The position numbers and the translations under genes were made by a program. 64,000 nucleotides of DNA. It comes from Candidatus Parcubacteria bacterium. Lineage in GTDB: Bacteria > Patescibacteriota > Patescibacteriia > Patescibacteriales > UBA12465. Positions 52,645-62,355 of the stretch are shown here, piece after piece. Position 1 is the first letter of the stretch. Each line of letters begins with the position of its first letter. The notes beneath the pieces are model-generated. The model worked only from the letters and a program-made list of their open reading frames with translations, made no database searches and was not told the origin of the DNA. The stretch is from positions 463,717-527,716 of the forward strand of contig AP029158.1 in assembly GCA_037076615.1 (NCBI GenBank). The letters run 5' to 3'.

Positions 52645-55311
52645 TTATAATTCGGGAGCTTTAATAACACCAACCGCGCCTTTTTTATCAATATAAACCG
52701 TATCGCGGCGCTTTAATTTATTAGCCAGCATTAAATTAGCAATTTCATTTTCCACTCGTTCTTGGAGTAAGCGCCTTAAAGGACGAGCGCCAAAGCGGGG
52801 ATCGTAACCGGCTTTAGCCAAAACCGCCACGCCATCTTTGTCGGCCTGAAAGTTTAAGCCTTGCGCCGCTAAATTCTTTTTGATCCCCTTTAGCATGAGT
52901 ACGGTAATCTGAATAACTTCCTCGGGAGTAAGCGGCGAGAAAACAATAATGCCGTCAAAACGATTAATTAATTCCGGTCGTAAGTATTTAGTAAGCTGAT
53001 TATCAATCAAGTCTTGTTTAATAAGACTAAGCTCAGTGTTCGCTCTAATACCTTCTTGAATAACCAAGGAGCCGATGTTGGAAGTCGCAATTACAATGGA
53101 TTGGGAAAAACTAATCGTGCGCCCCTGACCATCAGTTAAGCGACCGTCATCTAATAACTGCAAAAAGAGATTTAAAATATCAGGATGAGCTTTTTCAATT
53201 TCATCAAAGAGGATTAAGGAAAAAGGTTTTTTGCGCACCGCTTCCGTTAAATAACCTAAAGTGCCGTCGTGATCGCCAATCATTTTTCCAACACTATCCG
53301 GTTCTTGGTATTCACTCATATCCAAGCGAATCATGTAATCTTCCGAACTAAAATAAATTTCGGCTACTGTTTTGGCTAGCTCAGTTTTACCGACACCGGT
53401 CGGACCTAAAAATAGGAAGCTGGCAATCGGCCGCTTGGAATCTTTTAAGTTAACGCGCGAACGCCTTAGAGCGGCGGCCACCGCTTTCACCGCTTCATGT
53501 TGACCGATTAAACGTTCGTGAATGGTACTCTCTAAGTTTAATAATTTTTGCCCCTCATCTTCAGAGATTTTACTGGCTGGCACGCCGGTTAAATCTTCAA
53601 TCGCCAAGGCGACCTCTTCCCCGCCACAAATCAAACGCTCTGGATTATGAGCGCCAGCCTTACTGGTAATAATCACTGCCTTTTGCAGCAAATTAATATC
53701 GCGCAAAGGCGAAGCGCTCGTGCTTAAAAATTTAGAACTTAAATCAACCGCCTTCGCCAAAGCACCATAAGTTAAGAAAACGCCATATTGTTTTTCTAAG
53801 GCACTCGCCTTACTCTGTAAAATTTGAATCGCTTGATTAACGGTCGGCTCCTCTAAACCAATCATGGTGACAACCGAACCTAAAGAACTTTTTTCTAAAT
53901 ACTTAGAATAATTTTCGGTGGTCGCCGTTAAGATACAATAAAGAGCTTGCTTCTCAATAACCTCCACTAAAACTTCCGCTAATTCAAAACTCTCTTCTTC
54001 ACCGGCGGAGATTCCTAAAAGACGCTCCACATTCGGAACATATAGAATTACATTACCGGAACGGTTAGCTTCACTTAAAGAAACTAGTAAGCGCCGTTGT
54101 GCTTCAGCTGGTGAAGCTCCAGAAATTAAGGGCGCTAAATTTAATTCCACTAATCTTTTATCTTGTAAAAACTCGGGAACACTTTCCTCCACCATCATCT
54201 GAGCTAAACCCTCCACAAAAGTACGCTTACCGACGCCGTTAGGACCAGTCACTAAAATACCAGCCTGACCACTAGCCCAAGCATCAAAGAGAGTTATAAA
54301 TTCTTTCTGTCGCCCTAAACATAACTCTAAACGACCAGAACGTGCTGCCAAAGTTAAGTCTCGAGAAAAATGATCCAATGTCGGCGTCGCAATAGCCGTA
54401 TAAGCGCGATTCATGGCTGTTGCTGGTTTTAGATAAGCGGCTTCGTGGTATTTTTCATAATCAGCTGAAAAGCGCTCGTTAATTTTAAACCACTCAATCC
54501 CGTTATAAAGTTTATCTTCTTCAATTCCTAAATCGAATAAAATTTCTGCCAAAATCGGGTCGCGCGCATAACAAGGAGCGACTAAATCTAAAACTTCAAC
54601 CGCTAACTGTTTCCGCTCTAAGGCACTAATAGCGGCTAAAACGAGGATTTCATTAATTTTGTCGGCCACTTTTGGTTGGCCCGAGGCCCCCCCTAAAGCC
54701 AGACGCTTATCTAAAAAAGTAATCAGACGAGCACCATCGACATTCAAACGAATAAATAAAGATTGAACAGTTTTATTTTTTAAGAGCGTTCTAAATAAAA
54801 TTAAAACGCCTAACTCGGAATGTTTTAATTTAAAGGTGGCGAGATAAGCGTCCTCTAGCAAAAGCCGGGCTTCATTACTAAGAGCGGTTTCAACCGCCCA
54901 AGGATCTTCGCGCTTAAAAACGCCTTTAGCCGGATCAAGACGGAAACGACGATAATCAATTTTAAACAAATCTCGGGCGCGCAAGCGAGAGCGATAATAT
55001 AAAAATAAGTCAGCTCCTAAACTTAAATAAAAAGCTAAAAGAAGAATATGTTGGTCAGCGACCAAAAGAAGTGGATCTTGTAAAATAAAACTGAAATTTC
55101 CCCAAATATACCAAGCGAGCGCGATCCAGCCAAGCGCGGCTATTAAAAAAATAAGTAAATCAACAAGGCGGCGAGTAAAAGCCAAACTGCGGTCCAATAA
55201 AATAATGGTGCGCTTAAATTGGAGCCGGGCGTAAACAAAAACACCACGAAACCAAAGGCCGGAGGCTTGTAATTTAGGATTATATTCAAACTTCAAAGTA
55301 TTTTTAGTCAT
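52645..55311 (-). CDS. Membrane-anchored Clp/Hsp100-family AAA+ ATPase paralog with a degenerate first nucleotide-binding domain
   Basis: 888 aa. Two N-terminal hydrophobic helices. D1 has GPNGVGKRTFVEGLAQ and ILYVPNVERL (canonical [16 protein letters not shown] and ILFIDELH, as in the adjacent ClpB). D2 is canonical: [31 protein letters not shown]. Confidence 0.75.
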   Translation of the reverse strand: MTKNTLKFEYNPKLQASGLWFRGVFVYARLQFKRTIILLDRSLAFTRRLVDLLIFLIAALGWIALAWYIWGNFSFILQDPLLLVADQHILLLAFYLSLGADLFLYYRSRLRARDLFKIDYRRFRLDPAKGVFKREDPWAVETALSNEARLLLEDAYLATFKLKHSELGVLILFRTLLKNKTVQSLFIRLNVDGARLITFLDKRLALGGASGQPKVADKINEILVLAAISALERKQLAVEVLDLVAPCYARDPILAEILFDLGIEEDKLYNGIEWFKINERFSADYEKYHEAAYLKPATAMNRAYTAIATPTLDHFSRDLTLAARSGRLELCLGRQKEFITLFDAWASGQAGILVTGPNGVGKRTFVEGLAQMMVEESVPEFLQDKRLVELNLAPLISGASPAEAQRRLLVSLSEANRSGNVILYVPNVERLLGISAGEEESFELAEVLVEVIEKQALYCILTATTENYSKYLEKSSLGSVVTMIGLEEPTVNQAIQILQSKASALEKQYGVFLTYGALAKAVDLSSKFLSTSASPLRDINLLQKAVIITSKAGAHNPERLICGGEEVALAIEDLTGVPASKISEDEGQKLLNLESTIHERLIGQHEAVKAVAAALRRSRVNLKDSKRPIASFLFLGPTGVGKTELAKTVAEIYFSSEDYMIRLDMSEYQEPDSVGKMIGDHDGTLGYLTEAVRKKPFSLILFDEIEKAHPDILNLFLQLLDDGRLTDGQGRTISFSQSIVIATSNIGSLVIQEGIRANTELSLIKQDLIDNQLTKYLRPELINRFDGIIVFSPLTPEEVIQITVLMLKGIKKNLAAQGLNFQADKDGVAVLAKAGYDPRFGARPLRRLLQERVENEIANLMLANKLKRRDTVYIDKKGAVGVIKAPEL

Positions 55312-55315
55312 ATCC

Positions 55316-55678
55316 TTAGCTAAGTTGATACCAAATCGCCAACCAAATTAGCACAGGTAAAATTAAATAAAAAATCAGCCCCAGCAGACTGAAAAAGCTC
55401 AAAAGCAATAATAAGCCGCCCCGGAAAACAACTTGGACTAAACGAATTAGAAAAGAAATCAGACGACCGGCAAAATCACTTTGACCATACATGGGTACAA
55501 AAATGTTGCGCAGCCAGACCAAAAACCCTAAAGAAGCTTCGCGTTTTCTGATAAAAAGCCAAAAACGACGGGCTAAATCTAAAAAGCCTCGGCTATACCA
55601 CCAAATCGGTAAATAGACAAAATCCCAGACGATAGTGAAAATAATTTTACTAAAATGAGGGAAGCTTGATTGTTCCAT
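55316..55678 (-). CDS. Small hypothetical membrane protein upstream of the Clp-like ATPase
   Basis: 120-aa ORF, 2-3 hydrophobic segments. Ends 4 nt before the Clp-like start, so probably co-transcribed. Confidence 0.4.
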   Translation of the reverse strand: MEQSSFPHFSKIIFTIVWDFVYLPIWWYSRGFLDLARRFWLFIRKREASLGFLVWLRNIFVPMYGQSDFAGRLISFLIRLVQVVFRGGLLLLLSFFSLLGLIFYLILPVLIWLAIWYQLS

Positions 55679-55739
55679 AAAATTAATCTTGCTTTAATTG
55701 TAGCACAAAGAGAGCCAAATAAAAAAATCTTTTTAAGGG

Positions 55740-55768
55740 TTGACACCCCTATTTTCTTATAGTATGCT
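55740..55768 (+). promoter_or_regulatory. Candidate sigma-70-type promoter of clpB
   Basis: TTGACA (55740-55745), 17-nt spacer, TATGCT (55763-55768). CIRCE lies just downstream. Confidence 0.5.
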
Positions 55769-55772
55769 GTTA

Positions 55773-55799
55773 TTAGCAGTCTAAAGACAAGAGTGCTAA
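55773..55799 (+). promoter_or_regulatory. CIRCE operator (HrcA binding site)
   Basis: TTAGCAGTC-N9-GAGTGCTAA, versus consensus TTAGCACTC-N9-GAGTGCTAA. Lies 18 nt upstream of the clpB ATG. Confidence 0.8.
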
Positions 55800-55816
55800 A
55801 TACTAAAAATAATTTT

Positions 55817-58471
55817 ATGTTTAATAAATTTACAGACAAGTCGCAAGAGGCGATTATAAATGCCCAAATTATTGCAGCGCAAAATGGCCAGCCGGCCATT
55901 AGCCCCTTACATATTCTCCTTTCCCTGCTCCAGCAAAACGAAGGCTTGATTCGCCCGGTTTTAGAAAATCTGAAGACCGACCCCGACATTCTTGAAGATT
56001 ATATTGTTCGCGAGCTCGGCCTATTGCCCAAAGAAAAAGTTAAATATGACGGCGGCCCAATCCAAGCCGTTTCCGGCAATGAGGAAATGGCAATGGTCTT
56101 AGAGCGAGCCCAGAAAGAGGCCGATGGTTTCGCTGATGAATTTATTTCCACCGAACACATTTTGTTAGGTCTCGCCGGGGTGCGGAGCGCTGCCCAAGAA
56201 GCTTTAAAACGTTTCGGTGTCCAATATGGCGCCATTCGCGATGTTTTAGTAGAGCTACGCGGCAATAAACGTATTACCGACCCCTTTCCAGAAACGAAAT
56301 TCCGAGTTTTAGAAAAATATACCACCAACTTGACCGAATTAGCGCGCCAAGAAAAACTGGATCCGGTAATTGGCCGTGATCAAGAGATTCGGCGCATCAT
56401 GCAAATTCTTTTGCGACGTACTAAAAATAATCCGGTTTTAATCGGCGAGCCGGGGACCGGTAAAACGGCTATTGTTGAGGGTTTAGCGCAGCGCATTGTT
56501 TCCGGCGATGTGCCGGAAAATTTGAAGAATAAAGAAGTGGTGGCTTTAGATCTTGGTGCTTTAGTCGCCGGGGCGAAATTCCGTGGTGAATTTGAAGACC
56601 GCCTTAAAGCGGTGATTAAAGAAGTAAAAGGCGCCGGTGGCAACATCATTTTATTTATTGATGAATTACATACTTTAATCGGCGCCGGGGCGTCAGAAGG
56701 GTCAATGGATGCTTCTAATATGTTAAAGCCGGCTTTAGCGCGTGGTGAGCTGCGCGCGGTGGGCGCCACGACTACGAAAGAATATCAGAAATATATTGAA
56801 AAGGATGCCGCGCTAGAACGTCGCTTTCAGCCGATCGCCGTTGAAGAGCCGAGTCTGGAAGATGTGGTGGATATGCTCCGCGGTTTAAAAGAAAAATACG
56901 AAGTTCATCATGGCGTGCGCATCACTGATGACGCTTTAATTGCGGCGGCTAAATTATCCAGTCGTTATATTAGCGACCGCTTTTTACCCGATAAGGCCGT
57001 GGACTTAATTGATGAGGCGACCTCAGCGCTACGAATGGAGATTGATTCCCTGCCGGAAGACTTGGATCAACTGCAGCGAAAAATAAAACAGTTAGAACTT
57101 AATCGCGCCGCCGTTAACACCGAGGCCGCTACCGTCAAAAAAAGAACGAAATTAAAAAATCTTAACCAGGAGTTAGCGGAACTGCAGGAAAAGGCGAAAC
57201 AATTAGAGCTGCACTGGAGTAATGAAAAAGAAATCATTAGCAATATCCGCGAAACTAAAAAAGAAATTGAAAAATTAAAAACCCGAGCGGAAATCATTCA
57301 ACGCCAAGGAGCGGATTTAACGGAGGTTGCTAAAATAAAATACGGCACCGTGCCAGAACTAGAAAATAAAATTAGCGGTCTTCAAGACGAGCTCTTAAAA
57401 ATCCAAAAAAAGGGTCAACGCATTCTCAAGGAAGAAGTTGATGAAGAGGATATTGCTAAGGTCGTTTCTCGCTGGACCGGGATTCCGGCTCAGAGAATGC
57501 TAGACGATGAAGCGAAAAAATTAAGCGAAGCGGAAGCAATTTTGGGTCAAGAAATTATTGGTCAAAATGAGGCTATTCGCGCGATTGCCAACGCTCTGCG
57601 CCGGGCTCGTGCTGGCATTAATGAGGAAAAGCGACCGCTGGGATCCTTCTTATTTGTTGGCCCGACCGGTGTGGGTAAGACCGAACTGGCAAAAGCGATT
57701 GCGCGCTTCATGTTTAATGATGAAAACTCCTTGATCAGAATTGATATGAGTGAGTACATGGAAAAACATTCCGTCGCCAAACTGATTGGCTCGCCACCCG
57801 GCTATATTGGCCATGATGAAGGCGGACAATTAACCGATCGGATTCGCCGGCGCCCCTACTCCGTTGTTCTTTTTGATGAAATTGAAAAAGCCCACCCCGA
57901 TACTTTCAATATGCTCTTACAGATTTTAGATGATGGCCGCCTAACCGACTCTAAAGGTCGCGTGGTCAACTTCAAAAATACCATTATTATCATGACTTCC
58001 AATCTCGGTAATGATGTGATTAGACAGTACGCCATTGGCTTCAATGTTGATGAAACTAAAGAAGACAGTAGTGAGTGGCGCCAAGAAGAGATGAGAGAGA
58101 AGGTTGATAAAATTTTACGCGAAAATTTCCGTTTAGAATTTTTAAACCGCATTGACGAAATCATCTTGTTCCGCAGTCTCTCTAAAGAATCTTTGGAAAA
58201 AATTATTGACTTAGAGTTGGCGAAAATAACTAAGCATTTAAACACGAGTAAAAACATCTCCTTAAAAATAAATTCTGCGGCCAAAAAATTACTGGCCGAA
58301 AAAGGTTATGATCCAACTTATGGCGCCCGTCCACTCAAGCGCACGATTCAAACGATGCTCTTAGACAAACTGGCACTAGAAATTGTAGACGGCACGATCA
58401 ACGAAAATGATAAAGTGAGGATTTCCTTAGATAAAAATAAAAAAGAGGAGCTCCTGATTAAAGTCGCTTAA
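55817..58471 (+). CDS. clpB: Disaggregase chaperone ClpB
   Basis: I prefer the ATG at 55817 ([13 protein letters not shown]...) because the track GTG at 55793 lies inside [33 protein letters not shown], long coiled-coil middle domain, [24 protein letters not shown]. Confidence 0.95.
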   Translation: MFNKFTDKSQEAIINAQIIAAQNGQPAISPLHILLSLLQQNEGLIRPVLENLKTDPDILEDYIVRELGLLPKEKVKYDGGPIQAVSGNEEMAMVLERAQKEADGFADEFISTEHILLGLAGVRSAAQEALKRFGVQYGAIRDVLVELRGNKRITDPFPETKFRVLEKYTTNLTELARQEKLDPVIGRDQEIRRIMQILLRRTKNNPVLIGEPGTGKTAIVEGLAQRIVSGDVPENLKNKEVVALDLGALVAGAKFRGEFEDRLKAVIKEVKGAGGNIILFIDELHTLIGAGASEGSMDASNMLKPALARGELRAVGATTTKEYQKYIEKDAALERRFQPIAVEEPSLEDVVDMLRGLKEKYEVHHGVRITDDALIAAAKLSSRYISDRFLPDKAVDLIDEATSALRMEIDSLPEDLDQLQRKIKQLELNRAAVNTEAATVKKRTKLKNLNQELAELQEKAKQLELHWSNEKEIISNIRETKKEIEKLKTRAEIIQRQGADLTEVAKIKYGTVPELENKISGLQDELLKIQKKGQRILKEEVDEEDIAKVVSRWTGIPAQRMLDDEAKKLSEAEAILGQEIIGQNEAIRAIANALRRARAGINEEKRPLGSFLFVGPTGVGKTELAKAIARFMFNDENSLIRIDMSEYMEKHSVAKLIGSPPGYIGHDEGGQLTDRIRRRPYSVVLFDEIEKAHPDTFNMLLQILDDGRLTDSKGRVVNFKNTIIIMTSNLGNDVIRQYAIGFNVDETKEDSSEWRQEEMREKVDKILRENFRLEFLNRIDEIILFRSLSKESLEKIIDLELAKITKHLNTSKNISLKINSAAKKLLAEKGYDPTYGARPLKRTIQTMLLDKLALEIVDGTINENDKVRISLDKNKKEELLIKVA

Positions 58472-58501
58472 ACTCCTGAAAAAATAAGTTAAAAATAAGT
58501 T

Positions 58502-58530
58502 AAAAAGAGGTCCAACCCGGATCTCTTTTT
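58502..58530 (+). terminator. Intrinsic terminator after clpB
   Basis: AGAGGTCC-AACCC-GGATCTCT (one G:T pair) followed by TTTT. Confidence 0.55.
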
Positions 58531-58601
58531 AAAAAATGGGGTCTTAAATATTTTTATGTTATAATAAAGCCAATCAATAAAATGAATAAATAATTGTAAA
58601 T

Positions 58602-60122
58602 ATGTCAAATCGTTTTTTTAGCTTTTTCTTGCTCTTAGCTTTAGCGACCCTCGCCTTACCGGCTCAGGCCAACTTACTAACAACTAATTTTGTCACCACC
58701 AGTGCCCCCACCGAAAATGGTTTTAACCCCGCCCGAATCCTGGAAGATGCGGATATGTTAGATGTTAAAAGCATGAGCCTGGCAGAAATTCAAGCTTTTT
58801 TGGAAAGTAAAAATAGCTTCTTGGCGACTTTTAGAACCACGAATGCTTACGGCACCCCTAATAAATCGGTGGCGGAAATTATTTATGATGCTGCCAACAA
58901 CAACTATGACTGCGATGGGGTTTCTTTAAGCGAATCACCGACCGAAGCTGAACGCCAAAGCAAGTGTCGGCCGATTACCACCATCAGCCCGAAAGTTATT
59001 TTGGCCACCATTCAAAAAGAATCTAGTTTAATTGAAACCACTTCTTATCACACTCGCGCTGACGGTTGGGCCCTAGGTTATGGTTGCCCCGATGGCGGCT
59101 CCTGTAATCCTTATTACAAAGGCTTAGGCAAACAAGTTAATAGTGCGGCACTCCAGTTTTTAGCTTATATGCAAACACCGCAACGCTATCCTTTTCAAGC
59201 CGGTCAGACTTATTCTTTTACCAATCCTTACGGCACCATTTCTCAGGAGCCAATGACCGTGACTGTAGAAACTCAAGCCACCGCTTCACTCTACAATTAC
59301 ACCCCCCATGTTTATAATGGTAACTATAATTTTTACCGCTTATTTAAAGAGTACTTCCCGCCTGGCATCCGCAATTACCCGAACGGCTCCCTTCTCCAAA
59401 TCAGCGGTGAACCCGGCGTCTGGTTAATTCAAAGTGGCGTTAAGCGACCTTTTACTAATTACGCCGCCTTAACCTCACGCTTTGATCCGAAAAAAATTAT
59501 TATTGTTAGTCCATCGGCGCTCACCCCTTACACGAAAGGGGAGCCAATTCGCTTCGCTAACTACTCTTTAGTGCAAGTGGAAACTGGTGGTATTTATCTT
59601 CTAGCGGATAACGAAAAACGGCCGATTGATTCCATGGATACTTTTAAAGCGATTGGTTTTAACCGAGAAGAAATTATTGCCGCCACCGAAGCGGATTTAG
59701 CCGCTTACGCTTTAGGAAAAACAATTACACCCGCTTCGGCTTATCCGACTGGGCGCCTCGTTCAAAATCCAGTTAACGGCGGGGTCTTCTTTGTGGAGAG
59801 TGGAACAAAATATCCGGTTCCGGATCGCGTTTTCTTAGATACTAAATTTAAAGGACGCACTATTACTCGGGGCACGGTCGCCGAATTAGAAAAATATACG
59901 ACCGGACCGGCCGTGACCTTTGACAACGGCGAACTGATAAAATCGGATTCCGTCAGCACCGTTTATTTGGTCTCGGAAGGACAAAAACGCCCCTTCTTAA
60001 GCGGCGACACCTTTGAAACTCTGGGCTATAAATGGAGTAATATCATCACGGTTTCCCCTCAACACTTAGCTTCTTATCCCCCCGGCGAGCCGGTGCTAAT
60101 TGGGACCACCCCCACTAATTAA
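58602..60122 (+). CDS. Secreted protein: lysozyme/SLT-like N-terminal region plus four ~50-aa C-terminal repeats
   Basis: 506 aa. Signal peptide ...LALPAQA. ISPKVILATIQKESSLIE resembles the catalytic Glu-Ser region of lytic transglycosylases. Four repeats with the pattern h-Y/W-L-h-x-x-G-x-K-R/Y-P. Confidence 0.45.
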   Translation: MSNRFFSFFLLLALATLALPAQANLLTTNFVTTSAPTENGFNPARILEDADMLDVKSMSLAEIQAFLESKNSFLATFRTTNAYGTPNKSVAEIIYDAANNNYDCDGVSLSESPTEAERQSKCRPITTISPKVILATIQKESSLIETTSYHTRADGWALGYGCPDGGSCNPYYKGLGKQVNSAALQFLAYMQTPQRYPFQAGQTYSFTNPYGTISQEPMTVTVETQATASLYNYTPHVYNGNYNFYRLFKEYFPPGIRNYPNGSLLQISGEPGVWLIQSGVKRPFTNYAALTSRFDPKKIIIVSPSALTPYTKGEPIRFANYSLVQVETGGIYLLADNEKRPIDSMDTFKAIGFNREEIIAATEADLAAYALGKTITPASAYPTGRLVQNPVNGGVFFVESGTKYPVPDRVFLDTKFKGRTITRGTVAELEKYTTGPAVTFDNGELIKSDSVSTVYLVSEGQKRPFLSGDTFETLGYKWSNIITVSPQHLASYPPGEPVLIGTTPTN

Positions 60123-60123
60123 T

Positions 60124-60963
60124 ATGCCTTTAACTAAAGCTTTTTTAGTTCCCCATTCGCCAATTCTAATTCCGGAAATTGGCAAAAGTAATCGCCCTTT
60201 ATTGCGGCCAACTATTGAAGCTTACGAAACCTTAAAGGCTCGACTTAAGGAGGCCGAGGTAGAAACTTTGATTATTATCTCTCCCCACGGATCGGCTCAA
60301 GAAAATTATTTTAGCGCCAACGCCTTCCCGACTCCGAGTGGCGACTTAAAAAAATTTGGTTTATTGGCACCGCAGAAAAAATTTAATACCGATTTACTCT
60401 TACTTGATAAGATTCGCCAAGCGACCACCGCGCCCTTACAATTACTGAGCGCTGAGTTTTTAGATTATGCGACCACCATCCCCTTAAAACTGCTCACGGA
60501 TGACAAGCCTCTAAAAATAATTGGCTTACAAATTGCTGAAGATTTAGATGTTTCCGCTCATTTGGATTTTGGGCGACAGTTGGGAGCGGTCCTGCGCGCG
60601 CAAGCGAAAAAAATTGCCTTAATTGCTTCCGGAGATTTGTCGGCGCGGCTTAAAAAAAATTCCCCGAGCGGCTACTCGCCCAAAGGAGCAAAATTTGATA
60701 GTAAAATTATCACGGCTCTAGATGCGGGCGATAAAGCTGCCGAACAATTAATCGCCATTGATTCTAAACTGGCAGAAGCCGCGGGCCAATGCGGACTCAA
60801 ACCTTTAGCCATACTTATTGGCGCCTTAGATGGTTGCGTTTTTGAAGCTGATATCCTAAGCTACCAGACGGAATTAGGAATCGGCTATTTAAGCGCCGAT
60901 TTACCGATTAAAGCCTATGAAGAACCAGGAGCCGTCGTCACTGGCGGAGATTCTCAAAAATAA
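60124..60963 (+). CDS. LigB-superfamily (class III extradiol dioxygenase / Memo-like) protein
   Basis: I prefer the ATG at 60124 (MPLTKAFLVPHSPILIPEIG...). PHSP, ISPHG and ASGDLS motifs are typical of the family. Confidence 0.5.
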   Translation: MPLTKAFLVPHSPILIPEIGKSNRPLLRPTIEAYETLKARLKEAEVETLIIISPHGSAQENYFSANAFPTPSGDLKKFGLLAPQKKFNTDLLLLDKIRQATTAPLQLLSAEFLDYATTIPLKLLTDDKPLKIIGLQIAEDLDVSAHLDFGRQLGAVLRAQAKKIALIASGDLSARLKKNSPSGYSPKGAKFDSKIITALDAGDKAAEQLIAIDSKLAEAAGQCGLKPLAILIGALDGCVFEADILSYQTELGIGYLSADLPIKAYEEPGAVVTGGDSQK

Positions 60964-61189
60964 AAGTAAGGCCTCGGTGGTAAAACCGCCTGCTTATGAC
61001 TGGCAAGAAAAAGCTTTATGGGTGATTAAAGAATTAACTGTTCCACCCGCGAAAAAATCCTCAGTTTTTCAAATATGTAAAAAAACTCCCCCTCATATTG
61101 TGGAGCGGGCCGTCAATGATACTAAAGAATTGATGCCGACTGGAGAAAAGTGGCGCTACTTCTTTAAAATTATTTCCGCGTCAAAATAA
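60917..61189 (+). CDS. Small hypothetical protein
   Basis: 90-aa track ORF overlaps the previous gene by 47 nt. A GTG at 60977, after an AAGG, would give about 70 aa. No recognisable domain. Confidence 0.3.
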   Translation: MKNQEPSSLAEILKNKSKASVVKPPAYDWQEKALWVIKELTVPPAKKSSVFQICKKTPPHIVERAVNDTKELMPTGEKWRYFFKIISASK

Positions 61190-61197
61190 TAAATCTT

Positions 61198-61674
61198 ATG
61201 GGTAATATCTTACCAATTGTCTTACATCCCGCCCCTTCCTTGCGTGAAGTTTCTAAACCAGTTTCTCTGGCTGATTTGGCGACTCCAGAAATGAAACAGT
61301 TTATTGCCGATATGAAGGCGACTATGATGGCTAAAGATGGAGCCGGCTTGGCCGCACCGCAAGTGGGCAAAAATATTCGCCTGATTGTAATTAATGATGA
61401 GCTCCGCAAAGAAATAATTACTCTAGCCAATCCGATCATTACTAAAAAATCTTGGGGACGGGAAATTGAAGAAGAGGGTTGCCTATCCGTTTTAGACGCC
61501 AAAGGAAAAAACATTTATGGCTTAGTTTCTCGCCACAAGAAGGTTAATTGTCTTTACTACGACGAGTTTGGCCAGAAGAAAAAAATTCAGGGCGAGCGGA
61601 TGATCTCTCGGATTATTCAGCATGAAGTGGACCATTTAGATGGCGTACTCTTCATTGATAAGTTGGCGGAATAA
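61198..61674 (+). CDS. def: Peptide deformylase
   Basis: 158 aa. GAGLAAPQVG, EEGCLS, QHEVDHLDG. Confidence 0.9.
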   Translation: MGNILPIVLHPAPSLREVSKPVSLADLATPEMKQFIADMKATMMAKDGAGLAAPQVGKNIRLIVINDELRKEIITLANPIITKKSWGREIEEEGCLSVLDAKGKNIYGLVSRHKKVNCLYYDEFGQKKKIQGERMISRIIQHEVDHLDGVLFIDKLAE

Positions 61675-61700
61675 AAAACCGACTAAACAGTCGGTTTTTT
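61673..61700. terminator. Bidirectional intrinsic terminator shared by def and the convergent DedA gene
   Basis: AAAAAA-CCGACT-AAAC-AGTCGG-TTTTTT. The DedA stop codon lies inside the stem. Confidence 0.7.
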
Positions 61701-62315
61701 AGAACGCGCTCTTTTTTTCTTAATTAAATAATAGAGGAGCCAGAGAAAAGCTAGGCCGAGAATCACCCACTGCATTTCAGCGTAATACCTTTTAAACAGA
61801 TCTTCGTTCGCTCCTAGAAAATAGCCCAAATAAGCTAAAATTGTCACCCAGATGCCGGCCCCTAAAACAGTATAAAGAATAAAACTTGCGAGAGACATCT
61901 TGGCAAAACCAGCTGGCAGAGAAATCAACTGGCGCGCGACCGGAATTAAGCGCCCAATAAAAGTGGACTTAGCCCCATTTTTTTTAAAGAGTTCTTCGGA
62001 ATGGGCAATTTTTTCCGGAGTTATCCCTAGCCATTTTGATACTTTGTAATTAGCCAGGCGATAAATGAGCGGTCGTCCTAACCAGAGGGCGAGAAAATAA
62101 TTAATCAAAGCTCCCACTAAACTGCCTGAAACTCCGGCAATAATAATCAAATATAAATTATAATGTCCACTATGAGCGAGCCAAGCGGCCGGGGGAATAA
62201 CTACTTCTGAAGGAAAAGGAATAAAAGAACTTTCAATTGTCATTAGGATCGCGATACCCCAATACCCTAAGCCCTGAGTTATGCCCAGAAACCAGGCCAC
62301 CAAAGATTCCAACAT
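61683..62315 (-). CDS. DedA-family membrane protein
   Basis: 210 aa. ESSFIPFPSEVVIPPAG-like motif (IESSFIPFPSEVVIPPAAW), GRLIPVARQLISLPAG. Confidence 0.8.
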   Translation of the reverse strand: MLESLVAWFLGITQGLGYWGIAILMTIESSFIPFPSEVVIPPAAWLAHSGHYNLYLIIIAGVSGSLVGALINYFLALWLGRPLIYRLANYKVSKWLGITPEKIAHSEELFKKNGAKSTFIGRLIPVARQLISLPAGFAKMSLASFILYTVLGAGIWVTILAYLGYFLGANEDLFKRYYAEMQWVILGLAFLWLLYYLIKKKRARSKKPTV

Positions 62316-62355
62316 AGAAATAGCTTAAATAATAATTAGTGGTTATAATAATAAC

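Noticed and set aside
55579-55989. 136-aa minus-strand ORF spanning the clpB promoter/CIRCE region
   Set aside because: It overlaps the 120-aa membrane gene, the divergent promoter, CIRCE and the clpB 5' end. It is not plausible as a gene.
55999-58284. Several 70-140-aa minus-strand ORFs inside clpB, with similar antisense ORFs inside secA, ileS, nrdJ, mreB, the S8 protease gene and others
   Set aside because: They are shadow ORFs opposite long, well-supported genes. They have low-complexity composition and no motifs.
58481-58500. Tandem 10-bp duplication AAAATAAGTT x2 after clpB
   Set aside because: It is only two copies of low-complexity A/T sequence directly before the terminator, most likely trivial slippage.
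60124-60963. Loss of metal ligands in the LigB/Memo-like protein
   Set aside because: The PHSP and SPHG histidines are present. I could not place the remaining ligands reliably by eye, so I make no claim.
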